A DNA stretch of 64,000 bases from Eledone cirrhosa (Eukaryota), in contig OZ024741.1 of NCBI GenBank assembly GCA_964016885.1, positions 195,424,001-195,488,000 of the forward strand. The letters are read 5' to 3'. The notes under the pieces are model-generated. The model was not told where the DNA came from. It saw only the letters and a program-made list of their open reading frames with translations, and did not search any database. A program made the translations under genes and the position numbers. Of the stretch, positions 39,265-52,129 are shown one piece after another (within the stretch, counting starts at the first letter, position 1; every line of letters starts with the position of its first letter).

Positions 39265-39648
39265 TATATTAATAAAAGAATTCCAACTTTGATTTACTCG
39301 TTTTATTTACAATCCTTTAAAATTTATAATGGTATTAGAATGAAATAGTATGATAGAATATTAAATGTTAAGTGTTAATTGAACAAGTACTTTCATGCTT
39401 TTGCAATTTTCAGGTTCATAATGTGTGGTAACAGTCAAGTTTGCAATTTGAAAGTTGAAAATTGCAAACTTGACTGTTACCACACATTATGAACCTGAAA
39501 ATTGCAAAAGCATGAAAGTACTTGTTCAATTAACACTTAACATTTAATATTCTATCATACTATTTCATTCTAATACCATTATAAATTTTAAAGGATTGTA
39601 AATAAAACGAGTAAATCAGGCAAAGTTGGAATTCCTTTTATTAATATA
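39265..39648. repeat. Near-perfect palindrome (~185 bp arms, 9-nt spacer) with a variant hammerhead in each arm
   Basis: Centre 39450-39458; tgaac-CTGAAAA-ttgc-aaaa-gcat-GAAA-gtac-TT-gttca at 39490-39528 (+) and 39380-39418 (-). Confidence 0.9.
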
Positions 39649-39650
39649 TA

Positions 39651-39683
<33 letters not shown>

Positions 39684-39684
39684 G

Positions 39685-39825
39685 CCGCAACTCCAGGTAG
39701 AAGAAGCAACGTGAAATAAAGAGTCTTGCTCATAATGCAGCGCCCGATCTGGGAATCGAACTCACAACCTCACGATTGCGAATCCAATTCTCTAACCACT
39801 CAGCAACGCGCCTTCACATGTGTGA

Positions 39826-39869
<44 letters not shown>

Positions 39870-40552
39870 AACCCAGAATGTAAAGAGCCGTAACAGAATG
39901 ATGCAAAGCGTGTTGTCTGACGCTCTACCGATACTGCCAAAGTTATTGATAATATTGTTCTACTTTTGGCACAAGGCCAGCAATTACCCCAGTGCATTAC
40001 TGGTACTTTATTTCATCGACAGCGTAAGGATGAAAGGCTAATTTAACTTCGGTGGGATTTATATATATAATAATTGTTTCTACTTTTGGCACAAGGCCAG
40101 CAATTACCCCAGTGCATTACTGGTACTATATTTCATCGACAGCGTAAGGATGAAAGGTAAAGTTAATAATTTTTGGGTAGGGGAAAGTTGATTAAATCTA
40201 CTCCAATGCATTATTGGTATAATTTGAACTATATTAAGCATCATACCATTATATGTAAGCATTAATTCCTTACGGGGTCGATAAAATAAAGTACCAGTAA
40301 TGCACTGGGTAATTTGCTGGCCTTGTGCCTTAAGTAGAAACAATTAATTTAAAATTCAAAAGGGCGGTGGATTGGCAGTATCGGTAGAGGGTCGGACACC
40401 ATGCTTTGACGCATAGAGTTACGGCCCTTTATGGTCTGAGTTCAAATCCCGCTGAGGTTAACTTTGCCTTTCATCCTTACGGGGTCAATAAAATAAAAGT
40501 ACCAGTAATGCACTGGGTAATTGCTGGCCTTGTGCCAAAAGTAGAAACAATT
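39685..40552. mobile_element. SINE cluster: one family B head (minus strand) and several family A pieces on both strands
   Basis: Repeated cores at about 39950-40060 (-), 40070-40170 (-), 40265-40345 (+), and a full copy at 40362-40552 (+). Confidence 0.8.
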
Positions 40553-40729
40553 TAAAATTCAAAAGGAACACAACAAACCCACACACAAAACTCCTATCAG
40601 TATTTATCCATCAATTGCTTGGTAACACACACACACACGCTCAAACACATGCAAAAACATATGTCTGTGTGCATGTATGTATGTATTTGTACGTATGTGT
40701 GTATATATATATATATGCGTATATGTATG

Positions 40730-41150
40730 TATGTATGCATATATCTATATATGTATGTGTGTATGTGTGTATGCATATATCTATATATGTATGTGTGTAT
40801 GTGTGTATGTGTGTATGTGTGTATGCATATATCTATATATGTATGTGTGTATGTGTGTATGTGTGTATGTGTGTATGCATATATCTATATATGTATGTGT
40901 GTATGTGTGTATGCATATATCTATATATGTATGTGTGTATGTGTGTATGCATATATCTATATATGTATGTGTGTATGCATATATCTATATATGTATGTGT
41001 GTATGTGTGTATGCATATATCTATATATGTATGTGTGTATGCATATATCTATATATGTATGTGTGTATGTGTGTATGCATATATCTATATATGTATGTGT
41101 GTATGTGTGTATGCATATATCTATATATGTATGTGTGTATGTGTGTATGC
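40730..41150. repeat. Minisatellite built from gcatatatctatatatgtat plus gtgtat units
   Basis: Direct reading. Confidence 0.9.
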
Positions 41151-41189
41151 ATGTGTAAGATAGTGCATATGTATATGTCTCATATAAAA

Positions 41190-41381
41190 TAATTGTTTCT
41201 ACTTTTGGCACAAGGCCAGCAATTAACCAGTGCATTACTGGTACTTTATTTCATCGACCCCATGAGGATGAAAGGCAAAGTTAACCTTGGCGGGATTTTA
41301 ACTCAGAATGGCAAGGGACGTAACTCTATGCGTCAAAGCATGGCGTCCGACCCTCTACCGATACTACCAATCCACCGCCCT
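41190..41381 (-). mobile_element. SINE family A copy
   Basis: Full-length match to 40362-40552. Confidence 0.85.
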
Positions 41382-41545
41382 CTATATATAAAATAATGCA
41401 ACCAGCTATCCACGAAATACTGTATAGTTAGCACCCCAAACACTAAATTGGGATTATACTTAGGTATATTCTAATGTTTGTTGAGTGAGATGGAGTTGGT
41501 CAGAGTATCACTTAAGGCTTTCTCTGTTAATGTATTAAATATATA

Positions 41546-41874
41546 TCATCATTTCATCATTTCATTTTACATCCGCTTTTTCCCTGCTTGCAAGGGTGGG
41601 ATGGGAACTGATGCTGGCTTGATTTCTACAGCTGGATGCCCTTCCTAACACCAACCTCATTTACAGTGAGTGCTGGGTGCTTTTTTGCCGTGGCACCTCC
41701 ACGACCACTTTACAGTGGAATGATAGGGACACCAGTCCCTATCATCTCATTTCTACAGCTGAGTAAACTGGAGCAATGTGAAATAAAGTGCCTTGCTCAA
41801 GGAAACAACACATCACCCGGTCTGAGAATTGAACTCACAACCTTTCGATTGCAAGGCCAATGCTCTAACCACTA
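41546..41874 (-). mobile_element. SINE family B copy
   Basis: Near-identical to 31300-31645. Confidence 0.88.
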
Positions 41875-41928
<54 letters not shown>

Positions 41929-41934
<6 letters not shown>

Positions 41935-42360
41935 TGGTAAACGGAATAGAAAATGCTGACAAATTGTTCACAGTTGAAAAATGGTTTAATTAGGAATAAA
42001 AGAGTATTAGTGATTGTGTGGGTTAGTATTCAGTTGTGGTTTTAAGTTTTTAAGTTTTTACCGGTTGCGCATTTCTAAATGCTTTTCAAAAATAATTTTG
42101 AGATAGAGTGTCCGTGCTGTTTGCTCTGATCTGAGCAAACAGCACGGACACTCTATCTCAAAATTATTTTTGAAAAGCATTTAGAAATGCGCAACCGGTA
42201 AAAACTTAAAAACTTAAAACCACAACTGAATACTAACCCATACAATCACTAATACTCTTTTATTCCTAATTAAACCATTTTTCAACTGTGAACAATTTGT
42301 CAGCATTTTCTATTCCGTTTACCAATATATAATAACTTGTGTGTTACACCTCTATTCTTT

Positions 42361-42365
<5 letters not shown>
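41929..42365. repeat. Near-perfect palindrome (~198 bp arms, 6-nt spacer) plus a ~35-nt tail
   Basis: Centre 42127-42132; hammerhead-shaped motif TTGAAAA-gcatt-taga-aatgc-GCAA-ccgg-TA at 42170-42200. Confidence 0.9.
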
Positions 42366-42401
<36 letters not shown>

Positions 42402-42420
42402 ATATATGTATGTATATAAT

Positions 42421-42611
42421 AGTTGTTTCTACTATTGGCACAAGGCCAGCAATTACCCAGTACATTACTGGTACTTTATTTTATCGACTCCGTAAGGATG
42501 AAAGGCAAAGTTAACTTCGGCGAGATTTGAACACAGAATGGCAAGGGCCGTAACTCTATGCGTCAAGGCATGGTGTCCGACACTCTACCGATACTGCCAA
42601 TCCACCGCCCT
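42421..42611 (-). mobile_element. SINE family A copy
   Basis: Full-length match. Confidence 0.85.
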
Positions 42612-42769
42612 GTATGTATGTATATAATAGTGTATATATATGTATATATAATTGTATGTGTGTATATTTGTAAGAATGGATTGCACATACACCAATATAC
42701 ACCAATCTACACATATGCAAACTTACATATGATTGGGGAAAGTACAGATGATAATTATAACACACACAC

Positions 42770-43115
42770 GAGGCACATGGCTTAGTGGTTAGAGCATTGG
42801 CCTTGCAATCAAAAGGTTGTGAGTTCAATTCTCAGACCGGGTGATGTGTTGTTTCCTTGAGCAAGACACTTTATTTCACATTGCTCCAGTTTACTCAGCT
42901 GTAGAAATGAGATGATAGGGACTTGAGTCCCTATCATTCCACTGCAAAGTGGTCGTGGGAGGTGCCACAGCAAAAAAGCACCCAGCACTCACTGTAAATG
43001 AGGTTGGTGTTAGGAAGGGCATCCAGCTGTAGAAATCAAGCCAGAATCAGTTCCCGTCCCACCCTTGCAAGCAGGGAAAAAGCGGACATAAAATGAAATG
43101 ATGAAATGATGATGA
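42770..43115 (+). mobile_element. SINE family B copy
   Basis: tRNA-like head, CORE-like middle, (TGA)n tail. Confidence 0.88.
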
Positions 43116-43425
43116 CACACGCCATCTTACAAAGACAGTGGGTTCAGATATGCAATTGTTGCTTGTAGATAGCATGTTCTAAGTATAACATTCAGGGGTT
43201 CAAATCATACCTGCATTAACTTTTATTGTTGTTGTTGTTGTTTATGCATATTTTATCCTACTTATATTGTCAACCATGGCAGTAGAGGGATCTATAAAAG
43301 AAGTAGATTACTGCCTGGTTGTAATATTGCATACAACGATATTTTAGAATTATGCATATATATATATATATAAATGAAAGGATTACAAAGGAGAATATAT
43401 ACTGTCAGAACATGTTTATATAAAA

Positions 43426-43468
43426 GCACCTACGTACGTTTCGCCCGAAAAGGGCTTCTCAAGGGCAT
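43426..43468 (-). ncRNA. Minimal hammerhead variant (CUUGAGAA core) inside 32-bp inverted repeats
   Basis: tgcc-CTTGAGAA-gccc-ttttc-gggc-GAAA-cgtacg-TA-ggtg; inverted repeats at 43372-43403 and 43531-43562. Confidence 0.6.
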
Positions 43469-43594
43469 AGAAAACTACAGAGTGTTCAGTACAGGACCCA
43501 GAAGGAGTTTTAAAGTGATACATACATCAAAGTATATATTCTCCTTCGTAATCCTTTCATTTGTAACTGCTCTGCTTATTTTCTCGCCCGCTAA

Positions 43595-44050
43595 ATATTA
43601 ACGCTTCCAATATCTATGGTTAGGTGTTCAGTTGGATAGTATTTGGTAACTTTTATACTCTGGTGGATGGAGTGAGCTATTTGTTGGATGCTTTCCATGC
43701 TGTTCCTCTCTAATTCCTGACCGGGTGTTTTCACTACGATGTTTATGTCACCTATGTAGCAGAAGTACATACTTAGGGTTATAAAATTCTCATCTAAGCG
43801 TTCTTTAAGTCTTCTGTCCCACCATACCATAAAGAGGTTAGCTATGTCACTCGCAATGCTGATGCCAATGGCTGCCCCCTCCTCTTGGGCATATGTTTTG
43901 CCATTAAACTTAAACATATGTTCCTTAAGGTTTAGTTTTATACTGGCCCCCACAGCATGTACAATCATTTTCTTTATTTTGTTGTGGTTTTCAGGGGTCC
44001 ATATGGCTCTGGTCCATCCACTCCATCTTTTTGTGCTGGTCTTCTTGGCC
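43595..44050 (-). mobile_element. Penelope-like RT fragment
   Basis: HMFKFNGKTYAQEEGAAIG..IANLFM..YIGD (degenerate YIDD). Confidence 0.75.
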
Positions 44051-44059
44051 ATATATATG

Positions 44060-46586
44060 TACATCAGCGACCTCATACTCATTGCAGGTGACTTTAACGG
44101 GCATATTGGGCAAAACTACGAGGGCTTTGACAGGATCCATGGGGGTTACAAGTTAGGCACTAGAAACGATGAATGTTTCAGACTGCTGGAATATGACATA
44201 TTTATGTGTAACAGGAACTTCAAAAAATGAGACAACCACTTAATCACCTATAGAACAGGTGAGCATGCCAGTCAGATAGATTTCTTTCTTACCAGAAGAT
44301 GTGACAGAGTAACTGTTAAGAACATTAAGTCCCTCCCCAGTGAAGAATGCATCTCCCAACATAACTTAGTAGTTAGCGATCTTATAATCAGAACTAGAAG
44401 AACCTGGCAACAGAAGACAACCTGGAGGAGAAGAATATGGAAGTTAAAAGACCCCACAGCCAGTAACAAATTTAGAGGTATGTTGACTGATGCCTTCAAG
44501 AGTAAGGAAGAGCAAATAGAAACATATAATATAGAGAAGCAGTGGGGGTTCCTGAAAGATAACTTACTGAAGGCGACAGATGATATGTGTGGTTGGAGTA
44601 GATCTCTAGGGAGATGAAGAGTGACTTGGGGATGGAATTGTAAGGTAGATGAGACAAGTAAGGCCAAAAAACAGGTTTGGAAGGATTGGCAAAATGGGGG
44701 TAGTAGAGAAGTCTACCAGAATGCTAGGAGAGAAGCTAGGTGACAAGCATACCTTGCAACAAGGGAAGCAGAAAACAAAAAATTTAAGCATGTTTTGCAG
44801 TGTGAGAATCAAAGGTGTGAGGTGTTCAGGATTGCAAGATAGTGTGTCAGGGAAAATTGTGATGTTGGTGGGGAGAAGTGTTTCCAAAATGATTTTGGTG
44901 AACTTGCCCTCACTGACTCTGAAAGATTACTGAATGAGGAGAATGAATGGAAAGAAGAAAGTTTGTCATATGTCGACCTAACAGAAGCTGTACAAGTCAG
45001 CAGTAATATTGTTAGTAAGGCAATCAAGGATGTGAAACCAGACAGGGCAGCTGGACCCTCAAGGATAGTTGCTGAGATGCTGAAAGCATCATTTATGGTG
45101 GGCCACACCATAGTCTCCTGCATTGTAAACCAAGTCATACAAAATGGTGTCATACCCAATGACTGGTGTAGCAGCAGCATTGTAAACTGTTACTAGGGCA
45201 AAGGTGATGCTTTAGATAGAGAAAATTATAGAGGCATTAACTTGGTTGACCAGGGTATGAAGGTCACAGAAAAGTCATAGCACAGCTGATTAGAGAATAT
45301 GTTAACATAGATGAGATGCAGTTTGGATTGTACCGGGTAAAAGTACCACAAATGCCCTCTTCCTTGTAAGACAACTGCAGGAGAAGTACCTAGCTAAGAG
45401 TAAGCCCCTCCATTTGGTTTTTGTAGACCTGGAGAAAGCTTTTTACATAGTCCCCCGTTCCATTATCTGGTGGGCTCTTAAAAAATTAAGAGTAGATGAG
45501 TGGCTTGTGAGGACAGTACAAGCAATGTATTGAGGAACAACAGCAAGGTCAGAATTAAGAATGACTATAGCAAAGAATTTAGCGTGCAGGTTGGTGTCCA
45601 TCAGGGCTCAGTTCTTAGCCCTCTCCTGTTTACTATCATTCTGCATGCAATAACAGAGGAATTTAAGGCTGGTTGCTCATGGGAACTCCTGTAAGCAGAT
45701 GACCTAACCCTTATAGCTGAATCTATGACTGAATTAGAGATGAAATTCCAAAACATGGAGCATGGCCTAGAATCAAAAGGTTTTAAAGTCAACTTGGCTA
45801 AGACTAAAGTTCTAGTAAGTAGAAAGCAGCGAGACCTGGGCACTGTGTGCTGAGGACCGGCAAAGATTGGAAAGAAATGAAGCCTCCATGCTTTGATGGA
45901 TGTGCAATAGGAATATATGCAAATAGCAAAGCATAAATGAACTACAAGTGCAATAAGAGGGATCAGATGCAATGTGCAGGAGTGGAGATTACATTGGTAT
46001 GGACATGTGATGCATATGAAGGGTGACAGCTGTATAAAAAGGTGCAGAGCACTCAAAGCTGATGGAAGCCATGGAGTGAGTAGGCCTAAGAAGACTTGGG
46101 ACGAGGTAATAAAAGCTGACTTTGCACAATTACACCTCATTAAGGCGATGACACAGGACTGTGATCTCTGGCGCTATGAAGTATTACTGAAGACCCGCCC
46201 TCCCATGTGCACAAGCTGGGGCATATATCTAGTATGCCACACCTTCCCTAACATCACCCTTCCCATTCACCTCCCTTGCTGTAATTATCCCACCCCTATA
46301 CTTACCTCCCTAATTCCCCAGGCATCTTCCCCACCTCCACTCCACCCGTGGTAACTCTGGAACCATGATGAAAGCGCCCAGTCCACACTGTAAAGTGGTT
46401 GTGTAGGTGCCACGACTAAATCACCCAGGTTGGCATTAGGAAGGGGATCCAGCTGTAGAAACCATGCAAAAATCCGTTTTATGTGTGAGAAAAAGATGCT
46501 CCTTCGACCTGGATTTCTCATGTCGGGACAGCCCATCCTTCCCATGCTAGCATGGAAAATGGACATTGAACGATGATGATGATGAT
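44060..46586 (+). mobile_element. Degraded RTE-clade LINE (APE endonuclease plus RT) with (GAT)n tail
   Basis: IAGDFNGHIG, SQIDF, QHNLVV, FVDLEKAF, GVHQGSVLSP, ADDL, RLHWYGHV; many stops. Confidence 0.88.
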
Positions 46587-46610
46587 AATATATATATATA
46601 TATATTTATA

Positions 46611-46990
46611 TATCATCCTCATCATCATCACCGTTTTACGTCTATTCTTCCACGCTAGCATGGGGGTAGACGAGTTGTCTTGTTGTGGGTAATGGTAGGT
46701 CGTGACCATGCTTTTGATTTTGTCTTGGTTTCTACAGCTGAATCCCCTTCCTAACACCAACCACTATACAGTGAGAGGGTGGGGCAGGGCATGCTGCATA
46801 TATGCTTCAGCTTCAGCTTCAGCCTGTGCCCATGGGGAAGCCAGATCTTCTGTATTATTGCATAATGCCAGAGATCTCAGTCCTGTGTTATCACTTTTGA
46901 GAGGTGCAATTGGGCAAGGTCAGCTTTTATCACTTCATCCCAAGTCTTCCTGGGTCTTCCCACTCAAGTCATACGATCATCGACTTGTAC
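46611..46990 (-). mobile_element. RTE 3' end, tail-to-tail with the previous element
   Basis: GRPRKTWDEV remnant and the shared 3' UTR motif. Confidence 0.65.
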
Positions 46991-47786
46991 ATTTTGTTGA
47001 TCGTATGATGACCAGCTTGTTCAACCTGTACTGATGAAAAAGAACAGGAAAGTATTTACTCATAGGGGTGGGAAAAAAAGACTGGAGGAGAGGAGAGTCA
47101 AACTAAGGATAGATAATCCGGATCGTCTGATGGAAGTAATTTAACCTAACAACTTTTTCAGGGTGAGCAAACGCTAAAGTTATACTTAAAGATTATGACT
47201 AAAAATTAGGGGGGGGGAGGGCTAGAAAGAAATCTATCAGTTAAGAAAGATGTAAATCGAAAGGTACATGAGAGCATCTAAACGAAAAAAAATTGGTATA
47301 ATTGTTAAGTTGAGCTTCTTAAGTTGAATGGTTATAGGCTGCTATTTCTAGCGGTCTTTTGATCCATTCAAGCCACTATGAGATGTGTAGCACGTGTATT
47401 TTCGTCTCTTTTTACCATGTGCGTTATTTCAGTTGTCTGAAATATTTTTAGAAGTGTGAACCATACTGTTTTTACACCTGTTGAGAAGCCCTAAGCGGTA
47501 TGGTATCTACACGTCTTATGGCAAAACATTCTCTTATTAGAGTTTGTCAAGGTGTTATAGTTATAAAAGGTTGGTCTGTACATTTTGATTTATTCTTTTA
47601 ATTAATATGTATTTTCCATTCCTTTCATAGACTTTATGTTTTTACTCTAGTGGTTCTCTACCCCCTGTAATTGAAAACATACCACTTTTTGTTTTCTTAT
47701 CTATATACTGTAGTATGAAGAGCCTGGTATCTATACCTTGAGCTCATTAAATTGCAGGGGATTAATGCTAGTTTTTAACTCCATTT

Positions 47787-47878
<92 letters not shown>

Positions 47879-47965
47879 GTAAAAGGTAAACAGAAATAAC
47901 AACACAATCGGTACAGTATATGGAAGGGATATATTAGGTTAGCGCTTGATGTAGCAGGAAGAGGG

Positions 47966-48001
47966 TCTTAACGTTTCGGACGCTAGTTCTTCATCAGAAG
48001 A
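47966..48001 (-). ncRNA. Minimal type I hammerhead in a pLTR-like repeat (47880-48030)
   Basis: tctt-CTGATGA-a-gaac-tagc-gtcc-GAAA-cg-TT-aaga. Confidence 0.65.
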
Positions 48002-48134
48002 AAGAATGAGAAATAAGATAGATTGAGGGGATGGGCAGGATGGAATTGGAAAAAATTTCTTTAGATAAAAATAACAGGTCCATTCATGTTGACATCTCTT
48101 CCAAAACTGTTGGTGCTGGCGTTTTTTGTATGAT

Positions 48135-50775
48135 TTATTTTAATGACTACTGCTCATCCATATCCCCAGTCACCCTGGGTAAAGCGCTAACCTTTGCCCA
48201 GAAAAATTCGGACCTTACCTCGGACGAAATTAAAATAATACTAGCTGCTAGAAGGATTATCATTAGATTCGAAAATAGTTACTGGGAACGAAACACAGAC
48301 AGAATAGCTTCGATATCACAATGGGATCTAACGGACTTGGTGGGAATATATATAGCGCACAACTTACATAAGGAATTCAATAACCTCCAAGGAGTAATTT
48401 ACAGAGACGACACACTCCTTTTAGCCAAAAACTTAAATAATCAAAACATTGAAAAATTACGAAAAAACATTAGAGTATTCTTCAACAAACTAGGCCTAGG
48501 CATCACTTTCGAACTTAACTCTAAAAAGTAAATTTCTTAGATATAACACTCAACCTAAATACAGGATTAATAGAGCCCTTCCATAAGAACAACGAGAATC
48601 TAGCCCTTCCATAAGCATAACAACAAACCACCCCCGATCCATATTTAACTCCATAGCACATAGTATATCCCTCAGAATATCCCGCCTATCTTCGAACCTA
48701 GACATTTTTAACGAACACGCAAACTATTATAACATAGCTTTACATAAGGCTGGACATAAGGAGAAGCTGGAATACATATTAGATAGAGACAGCAACAACA
48801 AACCTAACGACAACAACACTACCCTCTCATATAGAAATAACAAGCATTGGACTAAGCATAGAATTAGACAACGAGCACCAAAAATAACTGAACCGAACAC
48901 TAATATAAGGACCCCCAAAAACTATAGAAGATCCAGAGATAGAAAGTACCTATGGTTCAATCCAATATTCAACTCCTCTATAAAAACTAAACTACCTTCT
49001 ACATTCTTTAAACTAATAGATAAGCACTTCCCTACACTACACAAATACCATAGAATCTTTAATAGAAAAACTATAAAACTATCCTACTCTATTGCAGCCA
49101 ACATAGAATCACACATACGTAAAATCAACCACAAAAATATCTCTAAAGAAATTAACCTACCAACATACACCATAGCACCAAATACAAAACGCAAACACAT
49201 AACAACATCACAACCACAACTGCATCAGAACGCATCACAACAAAACACTAATAGGCCTAAATCACAACCCACCCACAACAACTTACAAAACCGCAACGGA
49301 GAACCTGCACACAAAAAATCCTCAAATTCTAATTGCCACCTACCGGATAAGTGCCCACTACAGAATAGATGCCTGGATTCGAGTATGGTATACCTGTGTA
49401 CTCTAGATTCAGGCAACTCTACTTGGCACTACATAGGTTCCACGGCTGAGGAGTTCAAGAAAAGGTGGTACGTCCACAGACACTCCATGAAGAACCGTAG
49501 ACTAGAGAACTCTATGACGCTCGCCAATAAAATCTGGCATCTTATAAACAAAAACCTAGAATATAAGATTAACTGGTCAAAATTATCGGTAGCAAGAGCT
49601 TACAGCAACGGAATGTCTCACTGCGGACTTTGTAATTTAGAACCACTCCATATTTTAAGGTACGATGGGATGCTGCTTAACAGCAAAATAGAAAGATCAA
49701 TTTTCTGTAGGCATAAAATAGCTACCAGATTCACAAACTTCAAACCACCATGATTTGAACCAGCAATCCCAAAATTAAAACTGAATCACCTAGATTTTAG
49801 CATATAGAATATCATCGCACTGCTATTAGCTGTCAAACGGCCAACTGGTCACTGGATCATAATTCTCTGAACATCTCTTTCACCCTCTTTCCCTGAAACA
49901 ACATCAACCCCATTAAGATAGAACAATCAGCAAAACATTTACAACACACGTTTGTCAAACGTCCCTTCACAATCCACCCCTAGCCCATAAATCTCATACA
50001 TGTATCCCCCAATTAATCTCTAATTTATTGCTTTTTCTTTTTTCTTTTATCTGTCACTACATCAGACCCTCTACACGTATCTATATATATTTCGAATCTG
50101 GTTTTACATGTTAGCACTAAACCCACCAAGGAATCCTTATAAGAACACTTACTCACCACCACCACAAACATAATGTGGATTGGCAGTATCGGTAGAGGGT
50201 CAGACACCATGCTTTGCAGCATAGAGTTACGACCCTTTACGATCTGAGTTCAAATCCCGCCGAGGTTAACTTTGCCTTTCATCCTTACGAGGTCGATAAA
50301 ATAAAGTACCAGTAATGCACTGGGATAATTGCTGGCCTTGTGCCAAAAGTAGAAATAACTATGTACTTACATGTTCTCACTTATCCTTATTTATTTCTTT
50401 ATATTTTCCATTTTCTTATTTTCTTACTTTTTTAATGTATCCTATCTTACCTTTTACTTTTTACTTTTTACTTTTTACTTTTTACTTTTTACTTTTTACA
50501 TCTGTAACTTCTCTACCTATTTACCATATGTGTTTTATTATCGATGTTATTGTTTTGATTATACGCTATTCTTTTATATATGTCTTGCCTCGAGTGAATT
50601 TTTTTTTATATCTACGTACTCTGATGTGTTGACCAGAGGTAAATAATGTATTGGAGATCGAGTGGCGCAACTTCAAGCGATTAGCGACCTATAGACTCAC
50701 CTGATCAACGAAACAATTGTCAGTACTTTAAATAAAGCCCTTATTGTACAGCCAACCATGTTACTCTTCATTCTT

Positions 50776-50780
<5 letters not shown>
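48135..50780 (+). mobile_element. 5'-truncated Penelope-like element (Nematis-like): RT, GIY-YIG, 3' pLTR; SINE A inserted at 50175-50358
   Basis: IYRDD, NFLDITLNL, WFNP, CPLQNRC..MVYLC..HYIGST..FKKRW..CGLCNLE..LLN..CRHK. Confidence 0.85.
50616..50726 (+). ncRNA. Type I hammerhead with a long stem II insertion
   Basis: gtact-CTGATGT-gttgaccag..ctgatcaac-GAAA-caattg-TC-agtac; predicted GUC cleavage after 50721; A9 is U in this copy. Confidence 0.7.
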
Positions 50781-50815
<35 letters not shown>

Positions 50816-51316
50816 ACGAAGGGTTAAAATTATGAAATTGTTTTTATGGATTAGCATGGTTGTTTAGATGAAGTAACATGCTTAATATTTGAAATAACAA
50901 GTATAATAAGAATAAATATAATAATGAAAATATAAAGAATATAAGAATAAATGATTTGGTTATATATAGTTTACTTCGCGTGAATCAATTAAAAAGTACA
51001 TATAAAACAGTTACCAAGAGTTGTTAATGTTGTTATTGCTGCTGATGTGAGGCTTTTGTAGTCTGTTGTTGTTGGTGGTGTTACACTCAAGGGAGTGTAA
51101 CTTGGAGTTACTGTAGATTCACCCGGGTGAGCACTCGATATTTAGGTTCACTTCTGTGTCGAGGTGTAGAGCTAGACAGTGTATTATAGTAAAATAAAAC
51201 AAAACAAGAGTCGGGCTAGATCAATACAGATCGAACCTTGAGCTGATCATTGGCGAAACACGCATCACCAACCAATAAACGTAATGAAGGAGTAACCAAT
51301 CGTCCTTGTTTTATTT

Positions 51317-51399
<83 letters not shown>

Positions 51400-51506
51400 T
51401 GTATGTATGTATGTATGTATGTATGTATGTATGTATGTATGTATATCGCTCTGTATAATCAGCTCCTGATTATTACTGGAATTCTATAAGAATCCAGCTT
51501 CTATAA

Positions 51507-51596
51507 TTTTCGGCGGAAGCAGGGGGTGCGTGACTCTGATGATCGCCATCCAGCGTGAAACAGACTGTTAGCTTCTCTCGCTTCTTTCGCTGAAAA
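51507..51596 (+). ncRNA. Type I hammerhead with an extended stem I
   Basis: CTGATGA 51536-42; cgc/gcg stem II; GAAA 51557-60; cag-a-ctg; TT; distal stem ttttcggcg/cgctgaaaa and gaagc/gcttc. Confidence 0.7.
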
Positions 51597-52129
51597 GAAG
51601 TAAGTGGCATAGTCACTACTTTCAAACCGATACCATATGGTCTTCTAAATGTTTTTAATTAAACATTATCATCATCATCATCATCATTTAACGTCCATTT
51701 TCCACGCTTGCATGGTTTAGATGGGTTGTCACATTATGTGACAAGTCAGGTTCAGAGACTGATTCATGCTCTTACAGATCTGTATTTTGGCTTGGTTTCT
51801 ACAGCTGGATGCCCTTCATATATATGTGTGTGTGTGTGTCTGTGTGTATGTGTGTGTGTGCATGTGTGTGTGTTAAATGATAATATATCATCATCATTTT
51901 GCAACCACTTTCAATCCATGGATTGGCTGAGTTGTCATAGTCTGAAACTAGCCATGTCAGAAAAATCTCATCTTACTCATACATTCCATGTATGGCATGG
52001 TTTCTACAACTGAATGCCCTTTCTAACGTCAAACAACTTTCAGGATGTACTGTGGTCAGTAACAAAGACTTTCCATTTAGTGCTTTATCATTGCCTCAGT
52101 CAAATGACTGAAAAGGAATAACAGAATAT

